A stretch of 63,011 bases of DNA, the filler included, from Choristocarpus tenellus KU-1152 (taxonomy: Eukaryota > Protista > Phaeophyceae): assembly GCA_964200185.2 (NCBI GenBank). It is 12 parts of 12 records of this genome, joined end to end, with 100 filler letters (N's around TTAATTAATTAA, not from the genome) between each part and the next. Parts side by side here need not be neighbours in the genome. Positions count along the whole stretch, not along the records: positions 24,993 to 29,018 come from CAXNAD020016606.1; positions 29,119 to 43,647 come from CAXNAD020001168.1; 10 more parts are not named here. One strand, written 5' to 3'. Both the position numbers and the translations under genes were made by a program. This document shows positions 26,690-40,600 of the stretch, piece by piece. A model generated the notes under the pieces. That model had not been told where the DNA came from. It saw only the letters and a program-made list of their open reading frames with translations, and ran no database searches. Within the stretch, counting starts at the first letter, position 1. Every line of letters begins with the position of its first letter.

Positions 26690-28725
26690 CTCTCCCTAGT
26701 TCTAACAACTCTTGAGTGCTCACTAGACATTAACTAGTAACTGAACTCACTAAAGAAGAAAATCCAAAAGAACACGAGAAATTCAAAATCCAACGAAAAA
26801 CAAACCACAAAAAATAGTCTAAATTCAGCAAAGCCCCTGTAAGCCTCCAAAAAGATTCCTCTGCTAGAGGTTTGGTCAGCACATCTGCATGTTGCTCATC
26901 TGAGTAAACATGAATGATATGTATTTGCTCATGAGCTACCAAGTCCCTCAGAAAATGGTGTTGCACGTCCATGCACTTGGTCCTGCCAGAACTCAAAGGG
27001 TAATTTACCGAAAGGATGGTCCCTGTGTTGTCCTCATACACCATATAACAAGATCCAGAAACATCAGGTCAAAAAAATTCTAACACACCCCTCGAAGACA
27101 ACAACTCCTTCACACAGTCCCCCATGGCTATGTACTCAGCCTCTTCATTGGACTGTGCAATGGTACGCTGGGTCTTAGAAATCCAGGCTACTGCTCCCCC
27201 CCCGCACATCACTGCTCCCCCTGACACAGAACGTCCGTCAAACGTCTCATTGGCGAAGTCTGCATCAGCATAGTTTCAGTCCTGCTCCGTTCTCGCAGGT
27301 TAAGTCCAACTGCCGCGTTCCTTTGAGGTACTTGAGGATCTGGGTCACAGCTCTCCAGTGGACACGACTTGAAGCATGTGAGTGACGGGCTACAGCTCTC
27401 ACTGCATTAGCGACGTCTGGCCTGGTCATGTTACTGACCACATCAACGCCCCAACTGCCTAAAGAAAAGGGCAATCCTCTGACAGGGTATCCCCCTCCCT
27501 AATTCCAAGCTTCCTGGAAGAGGCAGCAGGGATGGGAATTGTTGATTGGGTGGAAAAACGTTCACACAAATTATCAATGTAGTTAGTCTGGGTAATGGAG
27601 AGGGTACGATGCTTCCAACCTCTTGTGTAAGTGCAACCAGAAAATTAAGAAAATAAGTCAAGGTTTTGGTGGGGAACTCTTCATTCAGGGAGGCACAAAG
27701 ATCATTGCAATCATCACCAGACGCCAAAACCATAATGCCATCCGCATAAACTGCAAGGATTATCTTGACAACACCATCCCTCCTCAGTCTAAATATACAC
27801 GGGTAAATCAGACACCGCTCAAAACCATTACGCTTAAGGGTGTAAACCAGCTTTGTATTCCAAGTCCTAGGGGCTTGCATTAAACCATACAGGGACCTGT
27901 GAAGGCGTACGGTCGTATAGGAGGGATCTCCACATCCCTGACGGAGGCGCATGTACATTTCCTCATCCGAGTCAGATTGAACAAGGCCTGCTCTAGATCT
28001 AGGTGCCACATCCTCAGGTCGAACTCACAAGACATACTGGTCATTGGCCTAACCAATGAGGCGGAAGGTGTAGGGGCAGAGGTTTCAAAGTAATCAACGC
28101 CATACTCCTGGCCAAATCCCTGAGCAACTAGCCTAGCCTTAGCCCCACTGAACACTCCAAAACAGTCACTCTTCCATTTAAACACCCACCTGGAACCAAT
28201 AGCCTTGCGCCCCGAAGGTACATCAGCAACACTGAAGGTGCCTGTGTCCAATAAACCACCAACTCCTTACACATATAGCCTCTTCCCATACCGGCCAATA
28301 CTCAGACTTTCGAGCCTCAGCATAAGACCGTGGGGCTGGTACCAGTCCCAGCTCAGAAACAAGACGACCATGAAGGGGGGTACACATCAACACAGCCAGG
28401 GCATAAGCAAGATGTCCCCTCTCTACACTAGCAATAAGAGACATCACATTACCAACACCTTCACTCCCTTCAACTCTGGAGCGCGTTTCCTGTCTAGTGG
28501 ACGCCTTTCCTGTCTAGTCCTACCTAACTCAACACAAGGTTCACGGACTGGATTGGGAAGAAAGTCTTCCAGCTGGTGAGCTGCAGTACGGGAAGCCGTT
28601 GGGTCAGCACCTGCCTGAGGCAAGTGCTGTGAACTCAAGGATGAGATATATCCTACATTCCCTTCACCATCTCGGGTAGTAATCTGGACAGACTCATATG
28701 TCAACCTGACCTCCCTCCCCATCAC
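26424..28725 (-). mobile_element. Decayed Ty1/copia LTR retrotransposon (RT, RNase H, PPT, 3' LTR); 5' part cut by contig end
   Basis: Frameshifted fragments: RKAIGSRWVFKWK, KARLVAQGFGQEYGVDYFET, RSLYGLMQAPRTWN, LAVYADG (degenerate YVDD), TRPDVANAV, ILKYLKGT, YEDNTG, KCMDVQHHFLRD, QHADVLTKPL. Confidence 0.92.
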
Positions 28726-30601
28726 CAGGGGAAGGGTGAACAGTCAGATCCTTGACAACCTGACATACACTCCCTTCACCAAGAGGAGGATCATTAGTCA
28801 AACCATCTCCTTTGTTGCCAAAGGATGACCTCTCACCTAGTACAAACCTGTCCTCACTTCCATCGCTACAGAAAGAGTAATCAGATAGGGATGAAGTGGA
28901 GGAGTGAGATGACCAAATGAACTGTACATCTAATGATGGGCCACCTGGTTCAGGATAAGAAACCTTGTCCTCAAAACGAGGGTCTGCATCAAGCTCCCCC
29001 CCCCCTTTCGCAAAGCAGNNNNNNNNNNNNNNNNNNNNNNNNNNNNNNNNNNNNNNNNNNNNTTAATTAATTAANNNNNNNNNNNNNNNNNNNNNNNNNN
29101 NNNNNNNNNNNNNNNNNNCTCTCCCCCCTACTACATGGGTGGCCAACTAATCTAGGAAAATCTCCGCTTGCTTCCTAAGGTGCCCAAAACTTCACTGCAG
29201 AGGTGTATAGATGAAGACTAATCTATTTACTCACCCACTCAGATTTTGCAGATTGTTGAATTTGTATCACCAGTTCAATTGATGTGATGTGGGATTTCAA
29301 TTATATTTTTTTGGATTCTCCAATGGTTTCCGCACACAACACCTCCTGGTTACTTGTGATGCTGAGCTAGATATTAAAGATGTCACATGACGGGTCCTGG
29401 GTTGAGATTTCTTGACCATTCGGCGGGCATAAACGGGTTTTTTGCTAAGCCTTGAACGATGGGAACGCCTTCCCATTGTTGTGGAAACCTATACACAATA
29501 TCTAATACATTTTCTACAACGATTCAGTAATGGGATCCACTCCACCAATTCAAACATCCACATCAATACTGTAAACCTGCGAACTGTTAGTCCGGAATGT
29601 TCAGAGTGACAAAGAGGTAATGGTGTCATATTGTATTCAGGATTCATCGGAAATAAAATATCGATACATCGAAAAAGCGATGGAGGACGGCAAACGAGGC
29701 TAAATATCAGAACTGGGAAGTGAAGGTTCAAAGTAGTCGTCACTTGATATCTTTGTTAGAGGTAGATCCCATTATAATTACTAGTATGTACTCTTTACAT
29801 TGTAGTAGTCCTGGAGCAATTTTTGTATCTTGGTACGCTTGAATATAAACCTACAATGGGATGGAAGGAGAAACCTCAGATTCGATTGAGTGGCTGGTTT
29901 GATTGATGCTCGATTTGAGACTTAATTTCTCACTTCATCGATGCTGAGTGAAAGTAAAATTAATTATGGTAGTGAGAGAACCGTTCTTCTCCTCACCCAC
30001 TGTTGTGTCGTAAGCTTCGATAAGTCAAACAGTGGCGTCCTTCTTAAGGAGGGTCTCATCTACGAACCCATCTATATATTTTATGCATGGATCTATTTTT
30101 TCTGTCCTGCATCTTAATATAGAATACACACACCCACACATAGTACTTCCTATACAAACAACCCAATAACAAGGATTGATTGCGATGGGATCTGATTCTA
30201 TATATGTAGTAGTGGTCTTTTTCCATTTTTCAATGATCACTTTTTTGGAAGTACAACAAACAACCAACAATCATCTCCAAATAGATTATCATTCAGATAT
30301 ACGCAAGGTTTTTTCCTGTATTTTCGCGCGAGTCGCGAGCAATTAACGGGTTGTAGGCAGTAATTCATATGGAAGAAAAGAAATGACAGAGCATTGAACC
30401 GCATCGATTCCTATGTGAAGTGAACGAAAATAACATTCACAACAATTTAGACGGACATACAGGACCTGTTGGTAATCTCGAAGGGAACTGAGTACAGCCA
30501 CTGAGGAAAACTGACTTGACGAGGGTATAGAATACAGTCTTCCCTAAGCTTACCGAAACCTCTGAAGACAGTTCCTTCGGTCTAGGCGATCTTGGGACAT
30601 C

Positions 30602-33600
30602 ATGTCGGACCTGATTGACTCACTCAACCTCATCAACAGTTCCAAGATTCATGAGCTATACGCTAAACAGGAAACGGAGGACCCTTTGGTGCTACGGAAG
30701 AAGGTGTGTGAGTTGAGGCAGTGTTTGATCGCCTCTCGCAAAACAGAAATGTGCATCTCGTTGAAACGGGTTGGCAATCAGGAGGTGGATAAGAAGCAGT
30801 TTGTGGACGTGTCCTGTACGCCCTTGTGCCAAGGCCTCTGCGAGTAAAAGGTCTCCCGTAAACATGTTCAATCGTTCGCTGAGACTTCCTTCCTCATTTT
30901 CACCACACACAATTCTCAAAATATTAAACGGCAAGGACCAGTGGGAAGAACGATGTATTATAGTGTTGTAACATTATCCGATGGTTTTTCCCTGATAGAC
31001 GATTGCCCTTTCCCAATAGCTTCAGGCCGCTGATGATCAGCGCATGCACATTTCGTCGATGTTGCTTTGCGCATCATCGAGTCATTTCACGTCCCTATCT
31101 CGCTGAGGGTTGTCGTCCAACCATTCGGGTGGAATGTTCTTGTCGAAAGTCTGGTGGAGGGCCTAGTTCAGCAGTTTGCCATGCTGAGGTAACTTTGTAT
31201 TGTTGCATTGCACCCACGCTGAGGCCTAGCTAGCGCAAACTTTGTAACTGAGCCACCTCTTTTGAACATCTACCTCGCCGTTCTCAACAGGCGGCGGACT
31301 TCCGCAAGGGCTACAAAGACTGGCGCAAGAAAAAGCCCAAGGGAGCAAGGGGTGAAACTAACTACCTGCTCGACAAGGAGAAGCTGCACGCTCACAATGT
31401 CAGGGAAGACGTGAGTTGGATTCCTGTGCAGTAGTCGTGGCGCTCCCTTCTGTGCAATTGAGTTTATTTCGCTCTGATCAGGTGTTCGGAAGCAACTTTC
31501 GAGAATGACCGATGGTGGAAGTTGCACGTGACCGTATAAGGTGTCGCGGTCTGTCTCATTGGTGGAAAATTCCTCGATGCTGCTGTTGCTCTATTTGGGG
31601 GAAGGGTCCTAGCTTTGGAGACGTCCTTGATGCAACCATGCGTTCACTGCACCCCACATGCATCCCACCGTATCAATAATTCTATCAATGTTGTATCATG
31701 TGTTTGCTTCTAACCGTGCTGGCATCACATCTATGATTAATCTTCCAGTAGTTCATATGCTTCAATCGGATGACAGTGCAATGTTGTGGAGTGTTGGTGA
31801 TGGATAACCGCATTTATCAGCTTTAGTGTTGGAATCGATGATCACACAACCACGTGCGAGGCAGCAAGAACGGTGCCTTTTTGTTGGATGGTTTCTTTTG
31901 CGATTATAGCTGCAATCTTGCTTGGGCAAGTGGAGACTTGATTTTTCTTTGCAAAAATTCTTGACCGTCATTGCACCCTCTCACCCTCAACCGCCTGGAG
32001 GTCACGAACCAACCGTTTGTTCGTTCCTCTGAGGTTTTTCACCTCCTTACCTATGCAGGATGGTGTATCATCAACAGGAATGTATTGGTTTGTGACCAAT
32101 GCTCAACCACCCTCCTTTTACAGTGGGCTCAAATATCGTGTTGTCTTTTGAGTCCTTTCTTCTTTGCTTGCACACTCTGGTATGCTTTATTCTCTCCACT
32201 CACTTGAGTTTTAGGCGTGCCAGGTAGTGCAAGGAAGTGATGAAGCATTGCCCATGGGACACTTTAGCCTGTGAGGCCACTGCAACAAGAGAGAGATCAC
32301 TTGCTATGGTTTTGATTGCTATTCATTACTCTCCTGGTGATTGATATACCGTCCTGCAGATAGAAGCCTTGAAGGAAGAAAAAAATAGTTGGTTATGACT
32401 AAATTCGACCATAAGGTGGAGGACAGAATGGTGTCAAGAAGAATTTAGAAGGGAAAAAAAGTAGAGTCAATTTTCTTGTTGTCCAAGGATCTCATGAAAA
32501 TTCTTGCTTGTAAATGTGCTTAGGTGGTGAACAGTTTCTGGACCTTTTCACTATACTATGCTATAGCCAGCTATGAACAAGAATCAAGTTAAACCCATCA
32601 TGTCATGGTCAATGCTTTTAATGCATCTATGCTTTACTAATGTATTGCTGAAATCTTCCCAAGGTACTATTTTCCTCACTCCTCAACTCAGGTCTTCTCA
32701 ATTGACATCGAATGTGCTTATCTTGCTCGCAGTTGACTTCACTTGAATCCCTGGCTATTGACCACATCATCCCATCATCCCTTGCACTCAACAACACCTA
32801 ACCCTAACCCTAACCCTAACCCTAACCCTAATGATCCCTTTGTGGTTCGCCTCTGTAGCTAGAACAGGTGCAGGCTATTGAAGAGCTTGAGATCCCTGGC
32901 GGTCTGTCAAGGAACTCTTCAATGGAGTTCATCCTCTCCCCCAGGGCAGGTTCTGTTAGGGGACGTTTGATGCGAACAAATTCTATCATCGATGGGACAG
33001 AGATCCCTGATGTAAGTGGTAAAGTCGTAGGGGCAGTTTTTTATATTTTGGTGTTGCATTTATGAAAGTTAGGATTGCTTGCCATAGATAAATTTGATCC
33101 TTACCTAGCAAATTGTTAGGGTTGATTTTTCTACTGTTATGGTTATCGATTTCAATTTTCAATTTCTCCAAAGTATTTTTACTGTTCTTATTGTAGGGAC
33201 TTTTATTACTATGTTGATAGGAATGAGCACAGGACATTGCAGCGGTATTTTTAAATTCTTAATTTGAGGTCAAGAATAGTTTAGTAGGATGAATCTTAGA
33301 TTTGTTTGTTCTGCGAGTGTCGTGTAACTTGAACTTCTGGTGTTGGGGTGGATTGAGTACAAAATGACATGGATGGGAATGTATTGTGATGCCATTTTTT
33401 GGGCATGTTGCACAGTTCCATTCCTCAATCTGTCCACCCAAGAGCTGGACACTGCGTACCATTTATCAAGAGGCCCAGTCAACCCCTACCCTCCAACTGT
33501 AAGTGGTTTATAGCATTTCCTTGAGTTACCAGTAAAAGCCTAACCTGCTCTGCCTGTAATATGCTTGTGTGTTTGGGTGTGTTGTCATGGATCAGCATGA

Positions 33601-34581
33601 AGAGGGAGAAAATTGGCTCAAGTTTTATGTGAATCCATTCTCAGGAATGGGGGAGTCACAACCTACGGAGCCTGTTCCTCTCAGCCAGGAGAACCTCAAG
33701 GTAGGCTGGGTGCAATGATAGTTGGAAGGATGGCTTTTGCGTCTACATAGTTGTCTTCTGGTTGATGGGTTGTTAAAATGATCTGACCCACTAAATGGTT
33801 GAAGAAATATTTTAAAGTAGATGTGATGACAGATGGGATTGCCTCTATACAATGTCCCGAGGACCATCAAAGTACACTGGAAGTTGTACCAACCAGTTAC
33901 AGAACATTTGCAACCTTAACCCTACTGCAATGGTAGTTTCCTTCAACCAAGTATTTTCAATGAAAATGATGAGTTTTGGGTCAATGTATCTGGGGGGGGG
34001 TGCCGGCATCCGTTTTTGACCCTGGCTCAAAGTATCTGGGGGGTGACGACTGTCCATATGGGGCCAATTTTGTCATGTCTCGATTTTTGGGTGATTTGGT
34101 TCCATACGTTGGATGGATAATCAAAGTGCACTTTTGCTGGTTTTGGTCCAAATGGACACTCTGGTATAGACCCCCCCCCCCAGATACTTTGGGTCTTTTT
34201 CGTGTCCGTTTTTTTGGGATACAAGATAAAGAGGTAGAAGAAGAAATGTGTAGTTTAAAGTCACTACGGTGTTCTTTCACCCTCATTGATAATATATGTG
34301 AAGGTATCTTAATTGGAGTATTATCCTTTAAATGTAATGGGTGACTGTTTTTATTAACCCTAACCCTAACTAACCCTAACCCTATCTCTAACCACCCTTG
34401 TGCACTCTGTATGTAGATGGTATCTCTTAATCCCAGCTGTAACACTATCAATATCCCCGACCCTCAATATCAGGTGATCCCCAATGTGGTTTGTAGGCCG
34501 ATGTATGCAAGGCCAAAGGATATGCACTTCACAGATTACTTCATGTGCCACCTTGGGGTTGGTGGATTCCACAGGCATGTT

Positions 34582-34617
<36 letters not shown>

Positions 34618-37600
34618 AGATTGTGACTGCGATACAAGGATGTTTTTAGTAAATGCTGATAGGGGTTGAGTTTTTGGTTATTTTTTTATTTTTATAGTAG
34701 GCTTAGGGTTTGACAGTGTCATCACATTGTATGACTATTTTGAGTTATGCATGTTCAGTGTGGTCCTCACTACATTGGAATTTTTTTCTATGTGGGCGGT
34801 GCATGCAATAAACTTTGACAATCACCAGGTGCTGATACTACTGCAGTGAGTTAGGGTTAGGGTTAGGGTTGCTGGAGTTTTGGTCAAGAGTTGAATGTGC
34901 TCCTTTGTTGTTTTTTAGTGTTGTAGTTTAATTTCTTGATGTTGATACAGTTTAATTTATTGAAGTTGATATAGTTTAATTTATTGATCATGGTATACTG
35001 TTGTGATGGGGGTATATTGTGGCTCGCCCCCTTTCCTTTCTTGTTTGTTTTTGTCAGGTCTCACCAGGCTGTGTACACTGATGACTTGTTGAACTTGACT
35101 GCGCAAATGGAAGAAGAGACCAACATGGTATCTGGTAAGATATGAAATTGAACATGTTTGTTTTTATTGAACATGTCACTCGAAGCTCCAACTTTAACAG
35201 TGAATACCATCCACTGTTTTAAAATTAGAACTTTCTTGGGAAGCTAAGGTATTTTTAGCTTTTTAACACAAAGATCTAATAAACTAAAACTACTAGACAA
35301 ATTAATAAGCTCTAACATTAGCCCTAAAGAACAATTAACTGCTGAAACATAAACTTGGTGAAAAAGCAAAAAAACTATCCGAAGTTATGTTACAAAACAC
35401 TTCAAAAAGGAAAAACTGTACTTCTTAACCATGATTATATCTCACAAGCAACTCTGTGTATATTAGATCAAAATGGTAGGTTATTGTACTGGGGTTGGGG
35501 ATTCACTATAATGGCAATGAGTGTTGTGGCATACAAAAGTGAAATTAAAGTTTACTCTTTTTTCAGTGGCTTTTTAATGAGAAAACTGGTTCACTAATTC
35601 TTTTAATGAGAAAGCTGGTTCACTAGTTCTGCGCTCAATCTATCTACTGAGTATTTCTTGCTGTTACATGTATGGACATGATACATGATACATGATATCT
35701 GATATCTGATACATGATACATGATACATGATACATGATATCTGATATCTGATATCTGATACATGATATCTGATATCTGATATCTGATACATGATATCTGA
35801 TATCTGATACATGATATCTGATACATGATATCTGATAAATTATATCTGATACATGATACATGATATCTGATAAATGATATCTGATAAATGATATCTGATT
35901 GTATTCCTCTTCGCTTCACAGATTCAAAGAAGTGGGGCATTGTGGGCATTGGACTGATGGACTGGGATCGCAAGATCTACAATGTGATGAAGGAACAGGA
36001 CACGTTGTACACTCTACTCTCCCGGGGGGGAGCTATGGAATCGGATGCTAGAGTGGTGGGATCCATTGTAGACTTTATGTTTGCTCCTGACGACCACCAA
36101 GCAGTTATTGATAAGGTATGACATGCCTGGCTGTTGAGTATTGCAGTGTCCTTGGCAATAACAATATGGATCAGCTTTATACGTTGATATTGTTATGATT
36201 TTTTTTTCTTCAAAAAATAAAATAAGTAGCTCATGTCGTAGTGATTGACAACACCAAGTATTCTCGACAAGGACTTTTACACCAGGCCAGGTAAATTTGG
36301 CGGGGTCACCTCAGTGAGAAGTATTTCTGACAAGGCCTTAGAGTTTTTGGCAAGGTTGAGTCAGGGACATTTATGTTGTCAACAGAACTGGGTCACTGGC
36401 TGGGCTGATATGTCATGGCATATTCTGACACAGTTGGTGTGGGTCTTTTGCTGGTTGGTTCAGTTTGCTGGTATTGCACAATACTGTTCAATACTATGGG
36501 TAAAGTGTATTTTTATTCGTGTATCTTTTCCTATGAGATTTTGAATTTATTTCTGTACATTTTTTTGTGTATCGACATTTTGTACATAACCCTTAACCCT
36601 ATCAACAGTACAAACCAAACCCTTACCCTGCCTACAGAATAGGGATGGCATGTGTAATGTCATTGATTGGGATTGTGGTTAGGGCTAGTTCTTAATAATC
36701 CTTGACAAGGATGAGCTGCTGGCCAGCCAGGTAAGGTAAGGCGTGTTTTTACAGGGCCAGCCCAGGGTCTTCAGAAATGGAAGAGGCTACTTTGGTTTGC
36801 TGCCAGTCCAATGTGAAGCCCTGATCCTCGATATTCATTTTTTGTTTCATTTTTTCAAGTGAACATTAAATGCTTATGGGTTGGTTATTTTTCAAAGATG
36901 TTGATTTGAAATTTCATCCCGGTTTTGCCTATGTGAGGACAGTTGCATAGAGGTCTGAAAATAAGAACGTGAAAGATCCTTAACCCTGATCATTGCCCTA
37001 ACCCAATTTTTATTTTGTCATACCTATAGCAACTATCATCTGATGCAATTGATCATGTAGGATAAATTGGTCCTACTTTTGTTTACCCAAGGTTCTTTTG
37101 TTCTTTTGTTCTTTTGTGGTGCTGTAATGTGTTGGTTATGGGTACTTTTTTTGGATGCCAATACAATCTCTTCCCAAAGCCTGGTCCATCATTCTATTGA
37201 TACATACTATGTTGTATGTCACACCTGATTAAAGAGAATAGGAACGGTGAACAAAGTTGTATGGGTTGTGATATCATGTCATGCCATGCAAACCCACCCA
37301 CCTTTACATTCCTGTCATTCCATGCACAGTGGTTATGTGTCTCCACTCCTTAACTTCAATTGTATTGGTGATACACTGTTTATCTCGATACCGTATGATA
37401 CAGGATGAAGTTGCGACATGTGTTGATGTGGGCTAAGTTGTTCAATTGGTATATACTATGTAGTATAGTTGTAAACCCTAACCCTAACCCTAACTATAAG
37501 TGTGTCATCCAATTAATTGAGATTAACTGACATTCAATTTTTTAATAATCACCTATTCAGTTATTCTGCGTATCGTACCTCTGATATTGTTCCCATTTGT

Positions 37601-40600
37601 ATTTAGCACAATTACACGTTTGGCATGTTAGCCTCAAGAATTTCAGCGTATCCCTCACCAGTCAAGGGCATGTTTCTTGCGACCTTGCACCATGGCAGAG
37701 GTGATTAATTTCGACTCACTGATGGGAGCTGAACCTTGTATATTCATCAGTTGCAAATCGTCTTGGGACAAATCCATTATGCTCTTAGTTTTTTGTAAAG
37801 GGTGTGATGAATGAAAGGTTTGGGTTAGGGTTAGGGTCAGGGTAATGGTATGATGTACGATAGGCCAATGTGTGTATGACTATTCCTCTCATACCATGTG
37901 CACAAACACCTGCCAAGGTGTTTGAAACCCCCTTTTGAGGTCTTTTTCCTTGTGTGCTTTTGTGCTTTTGGTGTGAGATGAATAGTCATACCATGACTTT
38001 CGGTGTGCTGGCAGTGTGTGTCCTTCGTTTGTCGATGCCATGTTTACTACCATGAGGTTAACTACAGTGAAACATTGTACAAGTACGTGCAATTTGTATC
38101 TTGTTCATAATTGTAGAATGTTGGTGGAAATATAGAACTTGTTGAATCTTTTGGTGTCAGTTGTGCTATTTGATGTATGCTGGTCGCCATTGACCACCTC
38201 CAATAAATAGCCTGGGGACAGGGGTATGTATCGGGTTGGGGTTGGGGTATTGGGGTATAGTGGTCCAGTAATTTCTTGAGTTGAAGAGTTAATAATGAAG
38301 GGTGCAAATGTATCCTTGAGAGGCATGATGGTTGAATCAGTCACCTTACGTTATTAATGAAGGGTGCAAATGTATCCTTGAGAGGCATGATGGTTGAATC
38401 AGTCACCTTATGTTATTATTGAAGGGTGCAAATGTATCATTGAGAGGCATGGTGGTTGAATCAGTCACCTTCCGCCCACTTTGTTTGGTATGTTCCAAAG
38501 TGATTTGATATATATGAAGGGTTTGATTGTTGATATGGTTACAATATAGTATTCTAATAATCAAGACTGTTTTGATTTGTGCAACCAATAGCTATGTGTA
38601 GTCTCTTCCTGTACAATGCCAATGCATCAGAATATTTGAGGAGTGATTTGGCATGTGCTTTCATCTTTATTTTGTCATCCCATCCCATGTCAAACTAACC
38701 TCCTTTTGCCTCTCATCATGCCCTTCCTGGACTTTCCTCCATTCTGCAGCTTGCCCACCCACTTACTCGGATAGTGAGTCTAACTGTGACAGAGAAGGGT
38801 TATTGTCAGAATGTGAACGGAGATCTTGACACCAAGGTAAGTGAGAGCGTTTTCCACAGTTTGCAAAGTGTTGGCAACAAAGTGTTGGCAACAAAGTGTT
38901 GGCAACAAAGTGTTGGCAACAAAGTGTTGGCAACAAAGTGTTGGCAACAAATTGTGTATAGTAGGATTGTTACCTTCTTCGAATTGTCATATCTGATGGA
39001 TCTATTTTGATCTATTTTGATCTATTTTGCGATGACTTGGTTCAGTCCTGTGAGGTCCTTGCTTTTTTAAGGCAAGGATTGTTTTTTTGCTGGATGGTGT
39101 CAGTTTCGGCAGTTACTTTGAACTCTCAGACAAACCCTCATCCTAATACTGTTTTGTGAAGGACAATGTTTTCGTGAAGAGTGATCTGGAGGGAAACCTG
39201 GCCAAGCCTAAGACGGCCATTGGAATGATTGTGGCAGGTTTGAGGCAGAGGAGGAACAGTGGTGTGCCATCCTTCACTGTACTTTCGTGTGACAACCTGC
39301 CTGAGAATGGCGACAAGGTGTGTACTTGGTATTCTATCACCCTAAATCCTACGTGGGTGATGCTATCAATGATGTGATAATGGTGATACCACTTGCATCG
39401 TGTTTTGTTTGATGAAAGGGGGATTGAGGTGGTGTTGCTGATTTAAAAAAAAAACCCCATTGAGATGTGAAGCGGTTGGAAATGTTTTATTTTCTTTTTT
39501 TTTGAGATATTGGTTACGGGTGGGGCTTCGAAGTCTTGATTGATAGGATTGTGTTGCGCAGTAAAAGTTTTTGTGCAATCAATGACTATGATTGTGTGCT
39601 ATCTGTTTGTCTGTTCTGTTATTTTCCTGTTTGTGCTATGTTTTTTTCAGGTGAAGCATGTCGTCTTGCAGATGGCGCAATTGGTGGATCCTGAGTTGAG
39701 GATATGGGTTGAGAAGAACACCACCTTCCCTAACACTATGGTGGACCGAATCACTCCCATGACGGAACAAGAACATATTGAAATTGTTGCAAGGTACAGC
39801 ATTGTGATAGGTTCAACATCATACTTGTGTGGCATATATTAGACCAGCTCTAACCCTATCATTTGACAGTCCCCTGCACACAATTAGAAACGCTCAGGCT
39901 TCCACTGCTGGAATGGAAACTCAATGTGGTATTGGGGTTGAGTTCGATGGTGTTGGATGAGGGTTGTGTGTGATGTCTATTGGCGGGGCAATGTTTGGTG
40001 CCCTTTGCTGCAATATCTGTTGTTCAAGAAATGTTTGAGCTCGTTTGCTACACACTGTCCTTTGTTTACTTACAACCATGTTAAATTCTGTTTTGTTTTA
40101 CATTTTTCTTTTTTTCTTTTGTGATTCTGTTCATTTTTACAACACAGTTTTGAGGAATTAAAGCAAAGGAAGAAAGGAAAGAATTTGGCAGCTAAGAAAA
40201 ATTGTTGCCAAATGAAAAAATGTATGTTACGTGCGTTGTACTTTCTCACGACTTTCTTGTTCAGCAAAATGCTCCGTCCCATTTGGTGTCTAACTTTGCT
40301 GTGCTGGACAACCCTTCGTGTCAGTTGGTCAGTAATCAATGTTGGTGGTAGAGTTTTTTTTTTAACTGGGGCCATTTAAAATCGATGACATCCGCTGATT
40401 GATCTGAATGTAACTGACATCATTTTTTTTTACTGATTTTTCGGTTGTTGTGTACTTCGTCAATGCGTGCGTACGCCTCCAGCAGTGCCCTCCAAAACGT
40501 ACCTGTTTGTATTGTGTGCAATGGCGTCTGCATTCATGGATATGATGTTGACTGATGAATATATGTTGCCTCTGGCAGGGCCTCTCATCAGTCATGGGGC

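Noticed and set aside
35603-35973. Repetitive YQISDI/RYHVS proteins
   Set aside because: Translations of an intronic microsatellite.
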